Below, in pieces: positions 33,409-39,145 of a stretch of DNA of 39,145 nucleotides. Made by a program: the position numbers and the translations under genes. The stretch spans positions 1 through 39,145 of the forward strand of contig JBMOKZ010000410.1 in the NCBI GenBank assembly GCA_049324195.1, in the 5' to 3' direction. Within the stretch, counting starts at the first letter, position 1, and the number at the start of each line of letters is the position of its first letter. Source of the DNA: Candidatus Zixiibacteriota bacterium. GTDB taxonomy: Bacteria > Zixibacteria > MSB-5A5 > GN15 > FEB-12. The notes under the pieces were generated by a model, which ran no database searches, was not told the DNA's origin, and was given only the letters and a program-made list of their open reading frames with translations.

Positions 33409-36374
33409 TTCATCACCGCCACTTTCAGCCGGGCTTCCTGGCCGGTCGCATGAATAGTAATCTGGGCGATATAAACCCCGTTATAAACCAAATCGCCATC
33501 GTTGTTGCGGCCGTCCCAGGTGATTTCGTTCAAATCATCAACCAAGCCCTCGCCCGCCGGGATATCGAGCGAGAAAACTTCCTCGCCGATCAACGTGAAA
33601 ATCCGGAACTCCACCCGGCTTTCCTGCTCGAGATAATAGCGGAAACTGGCCGGGGCATCGTACGGGTTGAAGGGATTGTTTTCGATTCTGAAAGACTGTT
33701 CCAGCGATTTGCCGGAAGTCACATAGAGCTCCGACAGCAGGGTCGAATCGCCGGTAGGCGAACTCACGGCGACATTGTCGCCGGCCATGATGGCGTCGAT
33801 AAACCGGGCGTTAACCACATACTTGTCAAGATTTACGGTGAAAGTTTCCGGTAAGGTTTCTACCAGCATGGCCTTGAAATAGATCGTCCGGGTCTGCGAA
33901 GCCGGTATTATAAAATCGGAGAAATAAAGGGTAATCTTGTTTTGTCCCGCGACAGCCGTAGTGACCTGTTCGTTGTCTTCGTAAAACCCGGAATTGCCCA
34001 CTTCCAGCACGGAACGCACCGCCAACGGCTGCCCCTGAGCATCGCTCAAAGTTACCGCGATATGTTCCAGAAGCATATCGGTCAAGGACGAGGTCCCGGT
34101 GTTGGTCAAGTCGAGATAAAACAGGTTCACCAGGTTACCCGCCGCAATCAGATGGTCGGATTTCTCGGGTCGTACGAACAATTCGGCGTCGAGAGAGGCA
34201 AGGGTAACCCCGATATCAAATGCCGTATCGCCGATTTCCGCCGGCAGGGACGTATTCAGCTCGGTCGGCTTCTGAATGATATCGAACGTGAAAAAGGTCA
34301 CGGTATCGATTTCCGGTCCGACCAACGTAAACCGAAGCGGCACGCCAACGACGATATTCCCCTCGAACGGATCCGGTATGCCCATCTCGACACCGCCGGT
34401 CGAAAAACGATACCGCCCGATAGTCGTCTCCGCTTGACCGTAATTGGTCAGATTGACCGTCAGGTAAACGGTATCCCCCGGTTCGATGATGCCGTCAGAC
34501 AAACCCTGGGAGTTATAGGACAAAAGAAGCAGCGCCGGTTCCTCGATAACGATCAGCTCGATATCGTCCAGCGGCTCGAGCTGGTTAAGATTATTGGAAA
34601 CGATTTCAACCTGTAAAACTTCGTTACTGTTGGTTTCCTCTGCTGCCGTTATATCATAAAGAATCTCGACCGTATCCAACGGCAGAATCTCGTCCACAAT
34701 CTGCTCGGAATTGAAAACGGAGGTACCGTTGCTCGTCAGGTTCAAAGTCATACCGGTTACCGGGTATTCGGACTGGTTGGCGATCCGGCAAAGCAGTTGA
34801 AACGCCTGACCGACATTGATCCGGGGGCGGTTCGGCATCAGGGCTCGGAGTTCCAGAATCTGCACGGTCGGACGCTCCAGCACCGTAACTTCCTGCCCGT
34901 TGAAATTGGTTTCATACTCGATATAATTGGCCGCCCCGGTTTGTCGGTAATGAATCGAGGTGGACATTTTCAGGCTGGCTCCGACCTGGTCGAGAGGAAT
35001 GAAGATCGGGTCGGTAACTACCGTGTTAACTCCCTCGTTTAGCATGTTGTCAGCGACCGACAGGTTAACGGTGGCGGAATAACCCTGTCCGCTGAGAGTG
35101 AAAACCGAAAGGTCAGGATCTATTTCCAAAGCCGGCACGCCGGTCAGAATCAAATCGAAACGGAAAGGTACATCGCTGCCCGCATTTATCTCCAGCGGTT
35201 CTAAAGAACCAGCCGCATAGGTGAGAGATGCCGGGGCGAGCAGTTGAATCGAGTCGGGATAGGCATTGTCCAGCGTAAAAATATTGCCGCCGGAAATAAG
35301 GTGATAATCCAGTTTTACCATGTACGGCCCCGGGGTCAGCCCGGCCAGGGTATCGATTTCGGCTGTCAGGCTGTCATAGCTGATAACACCGCCCGAAAAC
35401 GAGTGATACGACGGTGAACCGGTGTAAATGGTTGCCAATTCCGCGCCATTAATGCTGTCGCAAAGCTTGATGGTCAACGAAGTGCTGTCAATCTGACCGG
35501 GGAAATCCGTAGCGGCAACGTCAAAGGAGACTTCAAACGGTACGCCCTGATAAACCGTATCCGGCAAAAACGAGCCGGGGACGACATCGAATGAAGCCAG
35601 CGCGTAAACGGTTACGGGAATGTGATACTCAGTGAAAGCCTCAAGCAAAATCTCGTTTACCAAATATTCACTGGTCAACTCCAGTACCATGGTATCCTCG
35701 CCCGGGTTCAGATTGGGGGTTTCCAACTGAATAGGGAGAGTGTCGATAATACCGTTGGCCTGCGGCGCGTAAAAAATATATTTGATTGACCCGCCCCCGG
35801 ACCGGAAATAAGCTTTTATCGTAGGTTCACTGTTAGCCTCCCGGGTACCCCGGTTTTGGACCGTAACGTGAATGGTCGTCGGCAGGTCAGAATAAATCTG
35901 GCTTATGGGATTGCCTATGAAATCGAAGGCGTTCAGAATATCATAGCCGTTGAAGGAGACGATAACGACCGAAGAAGAAATCAGGCCGTCGGTGACATAA
36001 ATTTCGACGTTTCCGGTCGGCCCGAGATAGCGCACGCCGGCGGGACGGAGGTCGATGACCCCGCCGTTGAACAGAGCCGGGTCATCCAGCACTCCGGGAA
36101 CAATTTCGCCGATACTGGACACCAGCGAAAGTGGATGCGTGGAGAGGTCAAATTCGGTCAACTGGACACTGTTGCTGTCGAGCAAAATTATACGGGCCTC
36201 GGTGATAAATGTCTGCCCCACCACCTGGGTCGAGGAAATGGTCAAAACAATCTGAGCCAGGTCATCTTGCGCCTTCTGAACCGTCTCTCTTTCGGGTGCA
36301 ATGAAATCAACAGAGAATCCCGTAAAGGGAAGTAAAAAAAGAAAGGAAAATATAAAAAAACAGTATTTTCTCAC
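33405..36374 (-). CDS. Large acidic Ig-like secreted/surface protein with a FlgD/T9SS-like C-terminal domain
   Basis: GTG start and a signal peptide; beta-rich CARDB-like segments (VTVQNRG, IEPGDTVYLTVNLTNYG, LDLTNTG); C-terminal NNPFNP...RIFTLIGEEV...WDGRNNDGDLVYNGVY...KVAVMK. Overlaps the next gene by ATGA. Confidence 0.85.
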   Translation of the reverse strand: MRKYCFFIFSFLFLLPFTGFSVDFIAPERETVQKAQDDLAQIVLTISSTQVVGQTFITEARIILLDSNSVQLTEFDLSTHPLSLVSSIGEIVPGVLDDPALFNGGVIDLRPAGVRYLGPTGNVEIYVTDGLISSSVVIVSFNGYDILNAFDFIGNPISQIYSDLPTTIHVTVQNRGTREANSEPTIKAYFRSGGGSIKYIFYAPQANGIIDTLPIQLETPNLNPGEDTMVLELTSEYLVNEILLEAFTEYHIPVTVYALASFDVVPGSFLPDTVYQGVPFEVSFDVAATDFPGQIDSTSLTIKLCDSINGAELATIYTGSPSYHSFSGGVISYDSLTAEIDTLAGLTPGPYMVKLDYHLISGGNIFTLDNAYPDSIQLLAPASLTYAAGSLEPLEINAGSDVPFRFDLILTGVPALEIDPDLSVFTLSGQGYSATVNLSVADNMLNEGVNTVVTDPIFIPLDQVGASLKMSTSIHYRQTGAANYIEYETNFNGQEVTVLERPTVQILELRALMPNRPRINVGQAFQLLCRIANQSEYPVTGMTLNLTSNGTSVFNSEQIVDEILPLDTVEILYDITAAEETNSNEVLQVEIVSNNLNQLEPLDDIELIVIEEPALLLLSYNSQGLSDGIIEPGDTVYLTVNLTNYGQAETTIGRYRFSTGGVEMGIPDPFEGNIVVGVPLRFTLVGPEIDTVTFFTFDIIQKPTELNTSLPAEIGDTAFDIGVTLASLDAELFVRPEKSDHLIAAGNLVNLFYLDLTNTGTSSLTDMLLEHIAVTLSDAQGQPLAVRSVLEVGNSGFYEDNEQVTTAVAGQNKITLYFSDFIIPASQTRTIYFKAMLVETLPETFTVNLDKYVVNARFIDAIMAGDNVAVSSPTGDSTLLSELYVTSGKSLEQSFRIENNPFNPYDAPASFRYYLEQESRVEFRIFTLIGEEVFSLDIPAGEGLVDDLNEITWDGRNNDGDLVYNGVYIAQITIHATGQEARLKVAVMK

Positions 36375-36420
36375 ATCGATAAATTCATGTTTAACGAATT
36401 AATATTTTGCTAAATAATAA

Positions 36421-36436
36421 AGCAAAGAATATGCCT
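36421..36436 (-). promoter_or_regulatory. Putative sigma54 (-24/-12) promoter for the surface-protein/signalling/EPS gene run
   Basis: Minus strand AGGCATATTCTTTGCT = GG-N10-GC with GGCA and TTGCT, 47 nt upstream of the GTG start. Confidence 0.65.
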
Positions 36437-36668
36437 TCTATCTTAATGTCGCTCAAATAAATACGGAAAATATTTCCTGTCCGGGGTACCCTCCGTCACA
36501 CAGCTAACTAACTAATTTTAAACAGATTAGGAATGTAATAAGATTTTATCGTTTACAAGGTGCAGACTTGAAGAATATTTATAAGTACGAGCTAATAATA
36601 TTTATTAAAAAAGTGTGTAACCGGTTGCAACTATTCAGAAACAAAATATAACCAAAACCAATCTAATC

Positions 36669-37550
36669 TTACTTTGCCAGTTTTTCCGCGGCCGTAACGG
36701 TATTGACCATTAACATCGCGATAGTCATCGGTCCTACCCCGCCCGGCACCGGGGAAATATAAGAAGCTTTCTGCGAACAGGTGTCGAAATGGACATCGCC
36801 GACATTGCGATAACCTTTTTCGGTCGTTTTGTCTTCAACCCGGTTGACACCGACATCGATTATCACCGCACCTTCCTTGACCATATCCGCGGTGACGAAC
36901 TCGGGTTGGCCGATAGCGGCGATTAAGATATCCGCCCGGCGAGCGACCTCGGCCAGATTTCTCGTTCGGGAATGCGCCACCGTCACGGTGGCGTTCCCCA
37001 TCGGACATTTCTGCATTAACAACGCCGCCAGGGGCTTCCCAACAATATTAGAACGCCCGATTATTACCACCTCTTTGCTTGCCGGGTCAATCTGGTAATA
37101 TTCCAGAAGCTTGACAATACCGTTAGGGGTACAGGGAAGGATATTGGGCTGTCCGATCAGCATCAAGCCGACATTGACCGGATGAAAACCGTCCACATCC
37201 TTTTCCGGCCTGATGGCCAGCGTAATTTCCATTTCATCGAGCGGTTTCGGCAGTGGGGACTGAACCAGAATACCATGAATTTTGGGATTCTCATTCAGAT
37301 CTTTCACGATTTGCAGCAGTTCCCTCTGGGTCAAACTGGCCGGTTTCTTGATGACCTCGGAATAGAGATTCAGGTTTTCACACGCTTTGGCTTTACTGTT
37401 GACATAAGTAGCCGACGCCGGGTCATCACCGACCAGCACCGTAGCCAGACCCGGAGTAACGCCGTTTTTTTTCAGCGCTTCGATACGCGGTTTCAAACCC
37501 TCTCGTACATTTTTAGCAACTTCTTTTCCGGTAATCAGTTTTGCGGTCAT
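36669..37550 (-). CDS. folD: Bifunctional methylenetetrahydrofolate dehydrogenase/cyclohydrolase
   Basis: PGLATVLVGDDPASATYV, HGILVQSPLP, KDVDGFHP, PCTP, GRSNIVGKP, PVPGGVGPMTIAML. Start reassigned to MTAKLI (37550). Confidence 0.98.
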   Translation of the reverse strand: MTAKLITGKEVAKNVREGLKPRIEALKKNGVTPGLATVLVGDDPASATYVNSKAKACENLNLYSEVIKKPASLTQRELLQIVKDLNENPKIHGILVQSPLPKPLDEMEITLAIRPEKDVDGFHPVNVGLMLIGQPNILPCTPNGIVKLLEYYQIDPASKEVVIIGRSNIVGKPLAALLMQKCPMGNATVTVAHSRTRNLAEVARRADILIAAIGQPEFVTADMVKEGAVIIDVGVNRVEDKTTEKGYRNVGDVHFDTCSQKASYISPVPGGVGPMTIAMLMVNTVTAAEKLAK

Positions 37551-37563
37551 CTTAAAGTACCCC

Positions 37564-38388
37564 TTAAATATCTTTTTCTTTGAGAGCCTGATAATCGTTA
37601 ATGTCAAAATCGATTTTAATTCTCTCGAGACTTTCGGCGCGACCGGTTTCCGAATCAACCTGGAGAACGACCCCGCAGAGTTTGATATCTTTCGAGGCGG
37701 TCGTAAACCTTTTGGGCATCCCGGTAAGGAAACGACCCAACGAGGGTCCTATTTCCATGCCGATTACCGACTCGTGCGGGCCGGTCATGCCGGCGTCGGT
37801 CAGGTAAGCGGTACCGCGCGACGTAATTTTTTCATCGGCGGTCTGGACATGGGTATGGGTCCCTATAACCGCTGACACTTTCCCGTCCAAAAAATACAGC
37901 AGCGCCTGTTTTTCCGAGGTCGCCTCGGCATGCATGTCAATGAAGATAATTTTAACATCTTCACTGAGCTGCCGCAGCACCCAGGACACCGTCCGGAAAG
38001 GACAGTCGATATCAGCCATGAAAGTCCGCCCCATCAGGTTGATAACGGCTATCCGGATGTTATTGCAGGTGTCCACGTAGAACCCGGCCCCGGGAACATC
38101 GGGCGGATAATTCGCCGGACGGAGGAGTTTCGGGTTTTCCTTGAAATAATCGAGAATGTCAATGCGGTCCCAGATATGGTTGCCCGAGGTTTGCATGTTG
38201 ACCCCGTAGCTGAAAATTTTCCGGGACATTTCCGGGGTAATGCCGAAACCGCCGGCGGCGTTTTCGACGTTGGCGATGACATAATCGACGTGATATTGTT
38301 CGCACAGGGGTTTAATCATGTGGGCGGCCGCCTGGCGGCCGGACTTACCGCAGATATCGGAAATAAAGAGAATCGTGAATAGTGACAT
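37564..38388 (-). CDS. ymdB: YmdB-like (TIGR00282) metallophosphoesterase
   Basis: NVENAAGGFG, TSGNHIWD, RPANYP, DMHAEATSEK, GTHTHVQTAD, TDAGMTG. Confidence 0.96.
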   Translation of the reverse strand: MSLFTILFISDICGKSGRQAAAHMIKPLCEQYHVDYVIANVENAAGGFGITPEMSRKIFSYGVNMQTSGNHIWDRIDILDYFKENPKLLRPANYPPDVPGAGFYVDTCNNIRIAVINLMGRTFMADIDCPFRTVSWVLRQLSEDVKIIFIDMHAEATSEKQALLYFLDGKVSAVIGTHTHVQTADEKITSRGTAYLTDAGMTGPHESVIGMEIGPSLGRFLTGMPKRFTTASKDIKLCGVVLQVDSETGRAESLERIKIDFDINDYQALKEKDI

Positions 38389-38459
38389 TCCTTTAACTTT
38401 CTAAGATGGAAAAGCAAGTTTTCGGCCGTCTCCATCAAAACGGCTCAGCTTATAACAAT

Positions 38460-38487
38460 AAAGTGGAGTTTAACCAAACTCCACTTT
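38460..38487 (-). terminator. Stem-loop after rny (terminator or processing/stability hairpin)
   Basis: Perfect 12-bp inverted repeat AAAGTGGAGTTT-AACC-AAACTCCACTTT; the U-tract is weak. Confidence 0.6.
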
Positions 38488-38520
38488 CGACGCAATCAGA
38501 ATTTTAATTTTAATCGCGAA

Positions 38521-39144
38521 TTACTTCGCATATTCCGTCGAACGGGTTTCCCGTATGACCGTCACTTTGATCTGTCCGGGATACTGCATCTCCCCTTCGA
38601 TTTTGGAGGCGATATCACTGGCCAGAATCGAGGCTGCCAGGTCGTCAATCGAGGTATGCTCGACTATCACGCGTATTTCGCGGCCGGCCTGGATAGCGTA
38701 GGCCTTGGAAACACCTTTGAAACTGTCGGCCAAATCCTCGAGCTGCTGCAGGCGCTTGATATAAGCCTCCAAAGGCTCACGCCGGGCGCCGGGTCGGGCG
38801 CCGGAAATTGCATCGGCCGTCTGCACCAGAATCGGGTAAGGACTGAGCATCGGCACATCGCCGTGATGAGAAAGAATCGAATTGACTACGATTTCATCTT
38901 CTTTATAGCGGCTGATAAAATCCGCTCCGATTTCCGTGTGAGTGCCCTCAGTTTCACGGTCGATGGCTTTCCCGATATCATGCAACAGACCGCACCGTTT
39001 GGCCAGGACAGCATCGAGTTCGAGTTCGGCCGCCATCAAACCGCACAACATAGCGACTTCCTTGGAATGGGCCAGGACATTCTGGCCGTAGGAAGTGCGG
39101 AAGTTCAATTTGCCCAGCAACTTGATTACATCCGGATGCATATT
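38521..39144 (-). CDS. rny: Ribonuclease Y, C-terminal HD-domain part (5' end outside the window)
   Basis: [58 protein letters not shown]. Confidence 0.98.
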   Translation of the reverse strand, partial: NMHPDVIKLLGKLNFRTSYGQNVLAHSKEVAMLCGLMAAELELDAVLAKRCGLLHDIGKAIDRETEGTHTEIGADFISRYKEDEIVVNSILSHHGDVPMLSPYPILVQTADAISGARPGARREPLEAYIKRLQQLEDLADSFKGVSKAYAIQAGREIRVIVEHTSIDDLAASILASDIASKIEGEMQYPGQIKVTVIRETRSTEYAK

Positions 39145-39145
39145 G

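Noticed and set aside
1-39145. CRISPR arrays, tRNA/rRNA genes, prophage or defence systems
   Set aside because: I saw no regularly spaced nucleotide repeats, cloverleaf signatures or relevant protein motifs. The repeats present are at the protein level only. tRNAscan-SE and Infernal were not run.

Overview
A 39 kb chromosomal window from a diderm bacterium, probably of the FCB supergroup. A Zixibacteria-like lineage is an inference from the FlgD/T9SS-type C-terminal domains, PorV-like barrel, bS22, rny-ymdB and AT-rich intergenic DNA. Most genes are on the minus strand. Housekeeping genes are purD-purE, HU/IHF, a 31-aa bS22 missed by the ORF track, sppA, mltD, miaA-mutL-mutS, lapAB, folD, ymdB and a partial rny. 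I saw no rRNA, tRNA, CRISPR array or mobile element. The main candidate for an undescribed system is a co-oriented nine-gene run at 23.0-36.4 kb behind a sigma54-type promoter. In transcription order it encodes a large Ig-like surface cargo, a PorV-like barrel fused to TPRs, and a single-chain RsbW-type kinase / two-TM periplasmic sensor / HAMP / PP2C phosphatase. These are followed by a STAS protein with an HTH-like tail and an A10 tract at the domain joint, a membrane-anchored diguanylate cyclase, Wza, a TPR protein, a CapB-type tyrosine kinase and a polysaccharide deacetylase. This suggests, as a hypothesis, a surface-to-c-di-GMP partner-switching circuit controlling exopolysaccharide. All domain calls come from motifs read by eye and need HMM or structure confirmation.
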